Source of the DNA: Candidatus Marinacidobacterales bacterium
Lineage (GTDB): Bacteria > Acidobacteriota > Vicinamibacteria > Marinacidobacterales > SMYC01
Length of the DNA stretch: 64,000 bases
Direction: 5' to 3'
Assembly: GCA_965224085.1 (NCBI GenBank)
Contig: CBDCYI010000005.1
Span: 1,760,001 to 1,824,000, forward strand
Part shown: positions 9,517 to 19,203 of the stretch, piece by piece
Position numbering within the stretch: position 1 is the first letter of the stretch
Layout: each line of letters begins with the position of its first letter
Position numbers and translations under genes: made by a program
Notes under the pieces: generated by a model
Told to the model about the DNA's origin: nothing
Databases searched by the model: none
The model's input: only the letters and a program-made list of their open reading frames with translations

Positions 9517-10065
9517 ATGGGGCTCCCTCTGCGATGGCTGGTCTTGGCCGAGGCAGGGATGGCTCTCGCCACGCTCATATGGGTGCGCTTGAGTGTTACC
9601 GCGCTGCCATATGCACTCACCGCCCGTGCCGTCTCACTTGCTCTCGGCATCACGTTCGTTTTCACGCTCTGCAACTACAGCTTGTTCCGCGTCAGCACGC
9701 GGTTCGCGTTCACGCGACCGGTGCGGGCGTTCTTCGAGGAGGAAATCTTCCCGCTGGTGCGGCAGGCGAGCTTCTTAGATATCGTTATCGCCTCGGCCGC
9801 CGCAGGTTTTGCCGAAGAACTCTTGTTTCGCGGCATGCTCATGCCGCGTATGGGACTCGTGGCGTCGAGCTTACTTTTCGGTTTTCTCCATGGTCCCGAA
9901 TACAAGCTCTGGCCGATGGCGCTCTGGGCGTCGATTGTGGGGCTCGGCTTCGGTGCTCTGTACGCCGAAACGTCTAATCTCGCGATCCCGATGATGGTCC
10001 ACGGCGTCTATGACGCGTTGGCGCTGACCTATATCCGCTTGACGCCCGCGAAGAGAGGTGGCTAG
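9517..10065 (+). CDS. CPBP (CAAX/Abi) intramembrane glutamic protease
   Basis: EELLFRG, FGFLH, HGVYD. Confidence 0.9.
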   Translation: MGLPLRWLVLAEAGMALATLIWVRLSVTALPYALTARAVSLALGITFVFTLCNYSLFRVSTRFAFTRPVRAFFEEEIFPLVRQASFLDIVIASAAAGFAEELLFRGMLMPRMGLVASSLLFGFLHGPEYKLWPMALWASIVGLGFGALYAETSNLAIPMMVHGVYDALALTYIRLTPAKRGG

Positions 10066-10879
10066 TGTGGCGGAGATGCCGCCCCTCGCTTTCGCGAAGA
10101 CCGAAGCGCACGGAAACGACTTCATCGTCGTCTCGGAGAAACGTGTTCGAGAAGCCGCGCCCGATCTCGCACGTGCGATATGCGACCGCCGGCGCGGCGT
10201 CGGCGGTGACGGACTAATTTTGTTTCGCGCCGACGGCGAGCGCTTCGCGATGACGATCATCAACAGCGACGGCACGGCGGCCGAGATATCCGGGAACGGG
10301 CTCCGCTGCCTCGGCGCCTATTTGAGCTATGCGGGCCTCGCAACCGGTCCGGAGATCGAGGTATCGACCGGCGCGGGCCTCTTAAAGCTGACGGCGCTGG
10401 GACAGAACGGCGCGACGTTTCGTTTTCGCGCCGACATGGGGCCGCCGCGAGAGATTGCGGTTGGGGTAGAGCTCGATGTCGGCGGCGAGACGCTCGTGGC
10501 GACAACGCTATCGATGGGGAACCCACACTGCGTCGTGTTCACTGAGCGCTCGAGACTTCGCGACATCGGTCCGACCCTAGAGAGCCATCGGCTCTTTCCC
10601 AACAAAACCAATGTGGAGCTCGTCGAGCCGATCGATGGCCGCGCGATCCATATGGCCATCTGGGAGCGAGGCGCGGGTGAGACGGCATCCTCAGGGACAG
10701 GCTCAGCGGCAGCCGCCGTCGCGTCGATCGTAAATGAACATGTAGAAAGCCCGGTCCAGGTGCACTGTCCTGGAGGCATGATCGAGGTCGCGTGGACGGA
10801 AGGTGAGAGCGTTACCGTCACCGGAGATGCGTCGGTCGTTGCCGAAGGGCACTACCTCATAGATTGGAGAACACCATGA
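10058..10879 (+). CDS. dapF: Diaminopimelate epimerase (both catalytic Cys positions appear as Ser)
   Basis: GNDF, GVGGDG, AEISGNGLRC, MGNPH, ERGAGETASSGTG. Confidence 0.9.
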   Translation: MASVAEMPPLAFAKTEAHGNDFIVVSEKRVREAAPDLARAICDRRRGVGGDGLILFRADGERFAMTIINSDGTAAEISGNGLRCLGAYLSYAGLATGPEIEVSTGAGLLKLTALGQNGATFRFRADMGPPREIAVGVELDVGGETLVATTLSMGNPHCVVFTERSRLRDIGPTLESHRLFPNKTNVELVEPIDGRAIHMAIWERGAGETASSGTGSAAAAVASIVNEHVESPVQVHCPGGMIEVAWTEGESVTVTGDASVVAEGHYLIDWRTP

Positions 10880-10959
10880 AGAAACTTCGTCACGGCTGGC
10901 ATCGCGCAGGGCCTCTTGATGGACTGGAATATCTCGAAGCTGAGCTACTTGAAGGAACG

Positions 10960-11487
10960 CTAGCCTGGCGATCGATGATCTCTAAATCTTTGTTCGAACA
11001 AAAGAAGCTCTGGCTTCAAAACTTGCGCTTCCGCGATCGCGGCCAGGAGCTCGCCCCTCTCGCCCAACGTTCTCACGCTTTGATAACGAAGCTGGAAGGG
11101 CGCGAGCTCTTCGGGCATGGCGCCACGGGATTGCGCGATCGCGATCAAGCCTTCGAGCTCGCCGAGACAGCGCGTGAGCCTTCTGAAAACGATCCTCTTC
11201 GTCATTGTGGATTGTCTGAAGGCGTCGTCCGCGTGCTCAACAGCTGCGCCGGCAACGAGGATGGCCGCGCGGTACGCCTTCTCCTCTTCCGCGAGGCGCC
11301 GGGCTTCCGCGAGCGCGGCCTCGGCACTCGCGAGCGGCAGAGCGGCAAACACGGCAGCTTCCGACGCCCGAGCGACTTCGATCCTTGCCGCGGCCATGTC
11401 CAGCTCCTGACTAGGTGGCTGCGCGCATCCGGCGGCTGATACGATCCACGCAAAGGCGCAAAGTCGCGAAGGTGTTCTGAGAAGCAT
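10960..11487 (-). CDS. Helical lipoprotein (DUF4398-like)
   Basis: Lipobox AAGC followed by AQPPSQEL; Ala-rich helices. Confidence 0.6.
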   Translation of the reverse strand: MLLRTPSRLCAFAWIVSAAGCAQPPSQELDMAAARIEVARASEAAVFAALPLASAEAALAEARRLAEEEKAYRAAILVAGAAVEHADDAFRQSTMTKRIVFRRLTRCLGELEGLIAIAQSRGAMPEELAPFQLRYQSVRTLGERGELLAAIAEAQVLKPELLLFEQRFRDHRSPG

Positions 11488-11686
11488 AATTAACCCTAAT
11501 CGCAAAATCTTCGAAGCACGAAAACGCGAAACAGCCGCACTGGGCGCAGGCGAGAAGCTCGTGCTGGGGCACCCGCTCGCCGCCACTATAGGTGATTCTG
11601 CACGGTGTATGCAGAACCTGGAAAAGGTGCTATTCACGGGGCCAAAGACCTCAGACACGGTGACGTTTATTTGCGATTAGGGTTAA

Positions 11687-13051
11687 TTAGCTTTTGCGTC
11701 GAAGCGTCTTGCGGTAATTCGCGATTACACGATTGACGAGCGTCTTCGTCTCGCCTAGATAAGCGCGGTAGTTGACGCAGTCGTCGATTTCTTTTAGGCG
11801 GAGGTGCTTCCGCACGATCGGGTGCGCTCGCACGGCGTCGGAAAAAGAGGTTTCGTTTCGTCGCGCTTCGTCCGAGAGCTCTTTCACAACGGCATGCGCG
11901 CGGTCTCTTCCAACCGCAATGGCGAGCTTCATGAGCAGCGCCTCCGAGCACACGAAACCTCCGGCGCGCTCGAGATTGCGCTCCATGTTCTCCGGTTTGA
12001 CGATCAAGTTCGCGAGAACGCGTTCGGTGAGCTCGAGCTGCGCGTCGACGAGCAAGCAGCTTTCCGGCACGAACTTCCATGCCGTCTCGCCCTGGCGATG
12101 GTCGTCCTCCCACTCCGCGTGAATGTAGTCGAGTGCGGAGAGCACGTTCGAGCGCAATAGCCGTCCGAGAAAAACGACCGAGCCTGAAGCGACGGGGTTT
12201 TGCTTGTGGGGCATCGCCGAGCTTCCAACCTTGCCTTCGGTAAACTCCGTCACTTCATCGACGTCGGTTTGCTGCAAGTTGTAGATGTTCTGCGCGATCT
12301 TGCCGAGGGTGGCGGAGAGCATCCCGAGGTGGACGACGAACTCGGCGAGCCGATCGCCCGCCGTTTTGACGGGGATGGCGGCCACGCCGAGCCCTAGGCG
12401 GTTCATCAGTTCTTTATGGATGCGCAGTCCTTTCGGGCCGAGCGAGGCGAGTGTGCCCACGGCGCCGCCGAACTCGCCCACGAGAACGCGTTTCTTGCCT
12501 TCTCGAAGCCGGTCTTGTTGGCGCAGGATCTCGTCGAGCCAGACGGCCGCTTTGAAGCCGAAGGTCACCGGTAGCGCGTGCTGTCCGTGCGTACGTCCCG
12601 CCATGATTGTGTCGCGATGTTCCTCTGCTAGGCCTGCGAGCAAACGCGCCACGGATGCGAGGTTGTTCTCGATGATCGCATAGGCATCTTTGACCTGGAT
12701 GGCGATACCCGTGTCGAAGATGTTCTTGCTCGTCGCGCCCCAATGCACGTAGCCGGCCGATCGCGAGGACAGCCTGCGCCTCAGGCCGTCCACGAGTGGG
12801 ACGACGGGATTCCAGGTCTGGTCGAAGGTTCGCTTCAGAGCACGCAGATCGAGATTCTCGATCCGTGCTTGAAGCTTTATCTCTCTCGCGGCTTTCTTGG
12901 GAACGATGCCGAGATCCGCTTCGACTTCGGCGAGCGCGATCTCGACGTCGAGCCAGCGCTGGAGGGTGACGCGATCGTTCCAAAGCTTCCGCATCGCGGC
13001 GCTTCCGAAGCGATCCTTGAAATAGAAAGAGTCGAAGACAGTCGATGGCAT
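11687..13051 (-). CDS. Adenylosuccinate lyase / 3-carboxymuconate cycloisomerase (PurB/PcaB) family lyase
   Basis: HWGATS, GRTHGQHA, GSSAMPHKQNP. Confidence 0.9.
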   Translation of the reverse strand: MPSTVFDSFYFKDRFGSAAMRKLWNDRVTLQRWLDVEIALAEVEADLGIVPKKAAREIKLQARIENLDLRALKRTFDQTWNPVVPLVDGLRRRLSSRSAGYVHWGATSKNIFDTGIAIQVKDAYAIIENNLASVARLLAGLAEEHRDTIMAGRTHGQHALPVTFGFKAAVWLDEILRQQDRLREGKKRVLVGEFGGAVGTLASLGPKGLRIHKELMNRLGLGVAAIPVKTAGDRLAEFVVHLGMLSATLGKIAQNIYNLQQTDVDEVTEFTEGKVGSSAMPHKQNPVASGSVVFLGRLLRSNVLSALDYIHAEWEDDHRQGETAWKFVPESCLLVDAQLELTERVLANLIVKPENMERNLERAGGFVCSEALLMKLAIAVGRDRAHAVVKELSDEARRNETSFSDAVRAHPIVRKHLRLKEIDDCVNYRAYLGETKTLVNRVIANYRKTLRRKS

Positions 13052-13074
13052 CGAGCCAATCCTAGTAGGTCTCC

Positions 13075-13368
13075 TCAGGACTCTTGCTCGCGCACTGCGG
13101 AAACTTTCGTCTCCACCTCTCTCTCGAGGCGCTCTTTCTCTTGGGACACCTCGGCGCGAAGCAGTTCGAGCTCTTCCATCGAGCCGACGGCCTGCATCTT
13201 GGCCTCCTGCTGGATCTCGAACTCCGCGATTTTCGCGCGACAACGGCTGCGGATGTCGGCTATCTCGGCCTTCTGGTCGTCCGTGAGCTTCTTTTCTTCG
13301 AAGCCGTCCGCGCGAAGCTTCTCCATAGCGAGCTCGACGGCGGATTTGGGTGCTTCGTCGTCTGACAT
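13075..13368 (-). CDS. Small coiled-coil hypothetical protein
   Basis: AGGAG RBS; KSAVELAMEKL-type N-terminus; host-like codon usage. Confidence 0.75.
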   Translation of the reverse strand: MSDDEAPKSAVELAMEKLRADGFEEKKLTDDQKAEIADIRSRCRAKIAEFEIQQEAKMQAVGSMEELELLRAEVSQEKERLEREVETKVSAVREQES

Positions 13369-13438
13369 GTCGTGTGTCTCCTGATCTGGTTGATTCGGCC
13401 CGATGATATACTACCGTCCCCTCGAAGGGAGACACTGG

Positions 13439-13660
13439 ATGGTCGAAATCACTGTGCTCAACAACGGACCTTTGCGGGTGAAGGGTGACGTGACCGTGAA
13501 GGACGCGCAGGGGAACAGCTACGACCTCAAGGGCCGCGATGCGATCTCGCTTTGCCGCTGTGGGCGCTCCGGGAACAAGCCTTTTTGCGACGGATCGCAT
13601 AACCGGCAGGGCTTCGTGCACGCATCTGAAGCGTTCGACCTTCCCGAGCCCAAAGCCTGA
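13439..13660 (+). CDS. CDGSH iron-sulfur domain protein
   Basis: LCRCGRSGNKPFCDGSH. Confidence 0.95.
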   Translation: MVEITVLNNGPLRVKGDVTVKDAQGNSYDLKGRDAISLCRCGRSGNKPFCDGSHNRQGFVHASEAFDLPEPKA

Positions 13661-13672
13661 AGGGAGCTGACC

Positions 13673-14068
13673 ATGGTAGACATTCCGTCGGACTATCACG
13701 ACATACTGGACAAAAAGGCCTTCGTGCATCTCGCGACGAAGATGAAAGACGGAAGCCCTCAAGTGAGCCCGGTATGGGCCGAGCGTGACGGCAACACCAT
13801 CATCATCAACTCGGCCAAGGGCCGTCTCAAAGACCGGAACATGCGCGCGGATGATCGCGTAGCGCTCTCGGCAACGGACCCCGATAATCCCTACCGCGCG
13901 ATCATGATCCGCGGCCGTGTCACGAACGTTACCGAACAAGGCGCTGACGAGCACATCGATGCTCTGGCGAAGAAATATCTCGACAAAGACAAGTACCCTT
14001 TTCGACAGTCGGGTGAAGTCCGGGTGAAATATTTCATCGAGCCCGAAAAAGTCGCAACGATGGGGTAG
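13673..14068 (+). CDS. PPOX-class F420/FMN-dependent oxidoreductase
   Basis: LATKMKDGSPQVSPVW, K.RN...D.RV, LAKKYL. Confidence 0.88.
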   Translation: MVDIPSDYHDILDKKAFVHLATKMKDGSPQVSPVWAERDGNTIIINSAKGRLKDRNMRADDRVALSATDPDNPYRAIMIRGRVTNVTEQGADEHIDALAKKYLDKDKYPFRQSGEVRVKYFIEPEKVATMG

Positions 14069-14070
14069 GC

Positions 14071-14364
14071 GTGATGCGATGGGTTTGGTTCGCCGCAAGC
14101 TTGCTCGTGGCCGCTTCGGCGGGCGCCCGGACCATCGTTCTCACGAACGCGAACGTCATCGACGGCATCAGTGATGCGCCTGCGATGGGGCGCGCCGTCG
14201 TCATTCGTGACGGTCGCATTGCTGCTGTCGTTTCGGCACCCGAAGGCGATCTCATCGTCGTCGATCAGAGCCCGCTTGAGAACATCCTCTCTCTTCAGGA
14301 TGTGCTCATGGTCGTGAACAACGGCAAAGTCGTGCTCGACCGTTTGAGCTTCGCTCTCGAATAA
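14071..14364 (+). pseudogene. Amidohydrolase remnant: N- and C-terminal beta-sandwich strands fused, catalytic barrel missing
   Basis: IVLTNANVIDG..VVIRDGRIAAV joined directly to GDLIVVDQSPLENI..VLMVVNNGKV. Confidence 0.7.
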
Positions 14365-14366
14365 AG

Positions 14367-15722
14367 ATGCGGGGCCTATCCCGCATCGAAGAGCCTTTTG
14401 TCCTCAACGGGATGCTGTCGCTGCTCGTGGCGACGGTCTGGCTATTCTGGCGTCATGACCTTCTGCTGCAATATTTCTACTTCGACCAGCTACTCGCGCT
14501 GACTCATCTAGTAACTCTCGGCTTTCTTTCGTCGCTCATGATGGGGGTGCTCCATCGGTTCGCGCCGACTTTTCTTCACGTGGAGCCGGCGTCGCTCCGC
14601 GTTGCGCGCTTGCAGCTCGTCTTCTACTCCATCGGCAGCTGGGGAATGATCACGCATTTCTGGATGGGCGAATCGAAGGGCGCGAGCTGGTCGACTTTTC
14701 TCGTCTTCTTCGCGAGCGTTCTCCAGATCTGGAACTTCCGTGCGCTTTTCCGCCTATCAGGAAAGTCCAGAAACTCGAGAACGTCCGGAACAAAGATCTG
14801 GGTTGGGCGCTTCGTGGCGTCTGCGCTCGTCTTCTTCCTGCTCGCGGCGAGCATGGGCATTCTGCTTGGCCTACTCAAAGCCTATGACGTGAGGACGCCC
14901 GGGCTCTCGACGCAATTCATAAATAATGTCTTCGCCCACGCGCACCTCGCAGCGATCGGCTGGGTGCTTGCGATGATCCTAGGCATCGAGCTCCAGCTCG
15001 TCCCGTCCACCGTCGGCGACCCGCGGAGCTTACCGATACGCTTCACGCTCTTTTGGGTGGGCGCGCTCGGCGTGGCCTTTGCTTTTCTCACCGGGCGAAG
15101 TGTTTTGCCCTTTGCCGTGATGCTCGCGATCGTCTGCGGCTGGCACATATGCGGCCCACTACGTCTTTTTTGGACGGGCAAGTCCCGTGAGTGGGAGCTT
15201 CTGCCGTTGACGCTTCTCATGACCGCCGCCGGCTTGGGGGTAGCACTCGCTTCCGGCTGGCCGTCGCCGACCGATCCGCTCCGCGGCCGTGTCCAGCTCG
15301 CTTACGGCTTTCTCGGCATCATTGGCTTCATGGTGCTATCCGTCGTTACCGTTGCCTTCAAGCTCTTCCCCATGTGGGTTTGGAAAGAACGCTTCCAGAA
15401 AGAGTTCGGAAAACGGCCGGTCCCCGGGATGAAAGAGCTTCATAGTGAGCGCCTTCGCATCGCCGCCAACATTGCGGTGTTCACCGGAGCTCTGACCACC
15501 GCCATCGGCATCTACCAGGCCAACGAGAACCTGCTCGTCCTATCGACGTCGCTCATTCTGGCAGGCGTTGCCTGCTTCCTGGCCAACTTCGCAAGAGTCG
15601 CCCGCTGGGATCTCCTAAGAAAGGACTACGAACCCACCGAAGCCGATTGGACCAAATTCAAGAAGATGTTCCCGAAGGCAAGCTCTTCAAAAAGTCCGCA
15701 CGGAGACTTGCGTTCTCGCTGA
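14367..15722 (+). CDS. Polytopic membrane protein with conserved His (heme-copper/NnrS-like fold suspected)
   Basis: About 12 TM segments; THLVTLG and HAHLAAIGW motifs. Confidence 0.65.
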   Translation: MRGLSRIEEPFVLNGMLSLLVATVWLFWRHDLLLQYFYFDQLLALTHLVTLGFLSSLMMGVLHRFAPTFLHVEPASLRVARLQLVFYSIGSWGMITHFWMGESKGASWSTFLVFFASVLQIWNFRALFRLSGKSRNSRTSGTKIWVGRFVASALVFFLLAASMGILLGLLKAYDVRTPGLSTQFINNVFAHAHLAAIGWVLAMILGIELQLVPSTVGDPRSLPIRFTLFWVGALGVAFAFLTGRSVLPFAVMLAIVCGWHICGPLRLFWTGKSREWELLPLTLLMTAAGLGVALASGWPSPTDPLRGRVQLAYGFLGIIGFMVLSVVTVAFKLFPMWVWKERFQKEFGKRPVPGMKELHSERLRIAANIAVFTGALTTAIGIYQANENLLVLSTSLILAGVACFLANFARVARWDLLRKDYEPTEADWTKFKKMFPKASSSKSPHGDLRSR

Positions 15723-16260
15723 ATTTGCCGGTGAAGTGCTGGCTCACGGCACGAGCACCGATGCGCGTAACGCCTCTCGCCGTCATGCAGGTTTGATCGG
15801 TGTCGAGCATGACCGCGGTGCCGGCCGCGTCGAGATGTTCCATGAGAGCCTCCGCGATCTGCCGGGTGACGGTCTCCTGGATTTCCAGCCGATGGGCGAA
15901 ACAATCCACGAGCCGGGCGAGGCTCGAAAGCGACGCGAGCTTCGGTCCGGGAATATAAGCGACATGCGCGCGCCCGTGGAAGGGAAGCAAATGATGCGGG
16001 CACATCCCGTGAAACGGGACGTCCTTCACGAGCACGGTCTCGGTGGCGCCGGCAACGCCTTTGGACGCGTAGGCCGTCTTCATAATCTCGGCAGGATCGG
16101 CGTTGTAACCGTCGATGAAGGATTCGCTCCACGCCCTAGCGACGTTCTCCGGCGTCCTTTCGAGCGCGGTGCCTTCCACGTCGAGGCCGCAAGCGTCCAG
16201 GAAAGAGCGGATCGCTTGGCGCATCGCCGAGAGGCGATCAGTTGGATCCGTTTTCGCCAA
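15658..16260 (-). CDS. folE: GTP cyclohydrolase I
   Basis: TPENVA, CPHHLLPF, RLEIQE, CMTARG. Confidence 0.92.
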   Translation of the reverse strand: MAKTDPTDRLSAMRQAIRSFLDACGLDVEGTALERTPENVARAWSESFIDGYNADPAEIMKTAYASKGVAGATETVLVKDVPFHGMCPHHLLPFHGRAHVAYIPGPKLASLSSLARLVDCFAHRLEIQETVTRQIAEALMEHLDAAGTAVMLDTDQTCMTARGVTRIGARAVSQHFTGKFSENASLRADFLKSLPSGTSS

Positions 16261-16609
16261 GGGGCTCTCCGTGATAGATCACGGCGCTGTCATTCGTCTC
16301 GTAGAGCTGCATTTCCTTGAGACCTGGAAGTCGGGGCGCCAGTCGATCCCACATCCACATGACGACGTTCTCCGCGGTGGGGTTATCGAGGACCTGGTTG
16401 AGATCGTTGTGGTCGATGTTGCGAAGCACGTGCTCTTGGACGAGCTCTTTCACTTTGCCGAAGTCGATAGAGAGCCCGGTTTTGGGATCGACGGGCCCTT
16501 CGGCGAAAACGAGGAGCTTGTAGTTATGCCCATGCGTGTGGAAGCACGGGCCCCCGTAATAGGGAAGTCGATGTGCGGCGGTGAACTGAAACTCGACGCG
16601 AAGGATCAC
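16238..16609 (-). CDS. queD: 6-carboxytetrahydropterin synthase
   Basis: FTAAHRL, C..HGHNY, PTAEN, LYET. Confidence 0.93.
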   Translation of the reverse strand: MILRVEFQFTAAHRLPYYGGPCFHTHGHNYKLLVFAEGPVDPKTGLSIDFGKVKELVQEHVLRNIDHNDLNQVLDNPTAENVVMWMWDRLAPRLPGLKEMQLYETNDSAVIYHGEPLGENGSN

Positions 16610-16623
16610 GTTCGCGCGACGTC

Positions 16624-17250
16624 TCAGACGCCGATGACTTGGGCCGTGACGCTGCGCTCACGTGGCCCGTCGAGCTCCGCGAAGAGGATGCTCTGCCATT
16701 GACCGAGATGAATTTTTCCTTCTTGGATCGGGAGCGTGACGTTGTTCCCGAGTACGAGCGCCCTTATGTGGGCTTCCGCGTTCTTGCGCTCACAATCCGA
16801 GCAATCCTCGCAATTGTGGAGGTAGCCATGGTCGCGGTTCGCGATCCGCTCGAGGAAATGCTTGACGTCGGCCATGAGCGCGGCCTGGAACTCGTTGATG
16901 AAGACGGCTGTCGTCGTGTGGAGCGTCGAGATGATGAGGAAGCCCGCTTTGACGCCTGAAGACTTCACGAGGTCTTTGATGCGGTCGGTGACGTTGAAGA
17001 GTTCAACTGGGGAGTTGGTGGCGACCTTCAGCGTGCGAGATAGCATTTTCAGCGAGCCGTTGAGCTCCTGTACGGAGTCGTCCGTCGACCGGAACGCGTC
17101 AACCTCGAGGGCGTAGCTCACGCTGCCTGAACCATTGGCTCCGTTCGATCCGTTGGAACGATTGGATGTTGGGGCGGATGTCGGGGCGTTCATAGTGTGC
17201 TCATCGCTGATGTCGGTGCCCGGCCCGTTTTCGACGTAAAATTCATTCAT
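16624..17250 (-). CDS. yjbQ: YjbQ/UPF0047 family protein with N-terminal extension
   Basis: HTTTAVFINE, NAEAH, LGQWQSILFAELDGPR. Confidence 0.88.
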   Translation of the reverse strand: MNEFYVENGPGTDISDEHTMNAPTSAPTSNRSNGSNGANGSGSVSYALEVDAFRSTDDSVQELNGSLKMLSRTLKVATNSPVELFNVTDRIKDLVKSSGVKAGFLIISTLHTTTAVFINEFQAALMADVKHFLERIANRDHGYLHNCEDCSDCERKNAEAHIRALVLGNNVTLPIQEGKIHLGQWQSILFAELDGPRERSVTAQVIGV

Positions 17251-17272
17251 TAGTCATTCCACTCACTAGTTA

Positions 17273-17590
17273 CTATTCGGGAAACGGGAGAGTTTCGCAA
17301 GCGAGATCTCGCGCGAGCGTGAAACCTTCAGTTCCATAGTCGAGGGTGCTGTCCTGGGCGATCTCGAGCGTTTTCAAGTCGGTAACGACATCGACGCCCT
17401 CCAGGGACAAAGAAACGTCCTGGTCGCGAGGTCTGTCGAAGGCCAATCCCACGTCGAGCACTCCCTTGGCACTTCGCTCCGCGAAAACCCGGACCGTGCT
17501 ACTGTCGTGATCGCTGGATTTCAGGAGCTGTCGAATCTTGGCTTGGGCGCGGTCGGAGAGCCGCAGGCAGTCGTGGCTCATTGGAGTCAT
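17273..17590 (-). CDS. Degenerate HesB/IscA-like protein
   Basis: LRLSDRA..KI..LL, VRV, D....EGV.VV.D, LDY..EGF pattern; the conserved Cys motifs are absent. Confidence 0.6.
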   Translation of the reverse strand: MTPMSHDCLRLSDRAQAKIRQLLKSSDHDSSTVRVFAERSAKGVLDVGLAFDRPRDQDVSLSLEGVDVVTDLKTLEIAQDSTLDYGTEGFTLARDLACETLPFPE

Positions 17591-17760
17591 GAGTTGGGGG
17601 TTTCGGTACCTGTTTCGCTCGAGATCGAGGCTACCAAAACGATTACTCTAATACAGCAGCGTCCCCGGCGCAAGGCCGTCCGCGCCATCTTCGTGACAGA
17701 AAGGAAGATACGGTGCCACCTCTTGTCTTGACGAATCCGCCCGTGTTAGCGTCGGCTCCC

Positions 17761-19203
17761 ATGCTGAGCGCGTCCTTCCTCGAGAGACTTACGGGCTGCC
17801 TCCGCTCAGAGTCCGTTCTCGTCAAACCGCACCACGTGCTCGTTTACGAGTGCGACGGCAGCACTGCCTTCAGGTCGACGCCCGATGCCGTCGTGCTTCC
17901 GCGCACGACTGAGGAGGTCGCCGGCGTCGTCCGGCTCTGCTCTGAGGAGAAGGTTCCCTTCGTGGCTCGCGGCGCGGGGACGGGCCTGTCGGGCGGCGCG
18001 ACCCCGAGCGAAGGCGGTGTCGTCCTATCGCTTGCAGGGATGAACCAGTTCCTCGAGATCGACCTCGACAACCGGGTCGCTCTTTGTCAGACGGGGATCG
18101 TCAATCTCGAAGTTTCTCGGGCCGTGGCCTCGCACGGGCTGTATTTCGCACCGGATCCCTCGAGCCAGTCTGCGTGTACGCTTGGCGGGAACATCGCCGA
18201 GAACTCCGGTGGACCTCATTGCTTCAAATACGGCGCGACGACCGCGCACATTCTCGGGCTGACGATCGTGATGCCCGATGGTGAGATTACGAATCTCGGC
18301 GGACCGCGGGATACGGTCGGCTACGACCTGGTGGGTCTGTTCGTGGGCTCCGAAGGAACCTTCGGGATTGTGACCGAGGCGCTCGTCCGCTTGATGCCGG
18401 TGCCCGAGACCTTGAAGACCTTCCTCGCCCCCTTTCGCAGTATGGAGTTCGCTTGCGAGGCGGTGTCGGACATCGTCGCCCTCGGGATTACCCCCGCGGC
18501 GCTCGAGATGCTCGACCGTCCGACCATCGAAGTCGTGGAGGCGAGTGTTGTTGCGGCCGGCTATCCCACGGATGCGGAAGCGGTCCTCCTCGTCGAGCTC
18601 GACGGCGCCGCGCACGGGATGGAGCGCATGGAGCGCGAGATTCGAGACATTTGCATGGGCCGGGGCGCGGTGTCTTTCACGGTGGCGCGCGACGAAGACG
18701 AACGCGCGCGTCTTTGGCGCGGGCGCAAAGCCGCTTTCGGCGCGATGGGTCGTTTGTCGACGGACCTCTACGTTCAGGACGGGGTCGTCCCGCGCTCGCG
18801 GCTACCGGAGGTGCTCGTCAAAGTCGGGGAGATTGCGAAGCGCCACCGCATTCGTGTGGCGAACGTGTTCCATGCGGGCGACGGGAACCTCCATCCATGC
18901 ATCCCCTATGACGGCCGCGACGCCGATGAGCGCGAGCGCGTGCTCGAAGCGGGGCGCGAGATTCTCGAGCTCTGTGTCGCGGTCGGGGGATCCATCAGCG
19001 GCGAGCACGGTATCGGGACGGAAAAGTCGAGCTACATGGGGCTCTTGTTCTCGGAGCACGACCTCGACCTCATGAGCGCCTTACGCGACGTTTGGAATCC
19101 CGAAGGCCTCTGCAATCCTGGAAAGCTTTTTCCGACCTCCCATGGATGTGGCGAGGCGGCGAGCCTTCCGAGCGTCGCTGCCACGCCCGGGGCATGGATT
19201 TGA
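17761..19203 (+). CDS. glcD: Glycolate oxidase FAD subunit
   Basis: ARGAGTGLSGG, PDPSS, GSEGTFG, HAGDGNLHP, GEHGIG. Confidence 0.92.
   Translation: MLSASFLERLTGCLRSESVLVKPHHVLVYECDGSTAFRSTPDAVVLPRTTEEVAGVVRLCSEEKVPFVARGAGTGLSGGATPSEGGVVLSLAGMNQFLEIDLDNRVALCQTGIVNLEVSRAVASHGLYFAPDPSSQSACTLGGNIAENSGGPHCFKYGATTAHILGLTIVMPDGEITNLGGPRDTVGYDLVGLFVGSEGTFGIVTEALVRLMPVPETLKTFLAPFRSMEFACEAVSDIVALGITPAALEMLDRPTIEVVEASVVAAGYPTDAEAVLLVELDGAAHGMERMEREIRDICMGRGAVSFTVARDEDERARLWRGRKAAFGAMGRLSTDLYVQDGVVPRSRLPEVLVKVGEIAKRHRIRVANVFHAGDGNLHPCIPYDGRDADERERVLEAGREILELCVAVGGSISGEHGIGTEKSSYMGLLFSEHDLDLMSALRDVWNPEGLCNPGKLFPTSHGCGEAASLPSVAATPGAWI

Noticed and set aside
11687-14098. 803-aa minus-strand ORF
   Set aside because: Only 11687-13051 is lyase; the upstream part is antisense to the CDGSH and PPOX genes.
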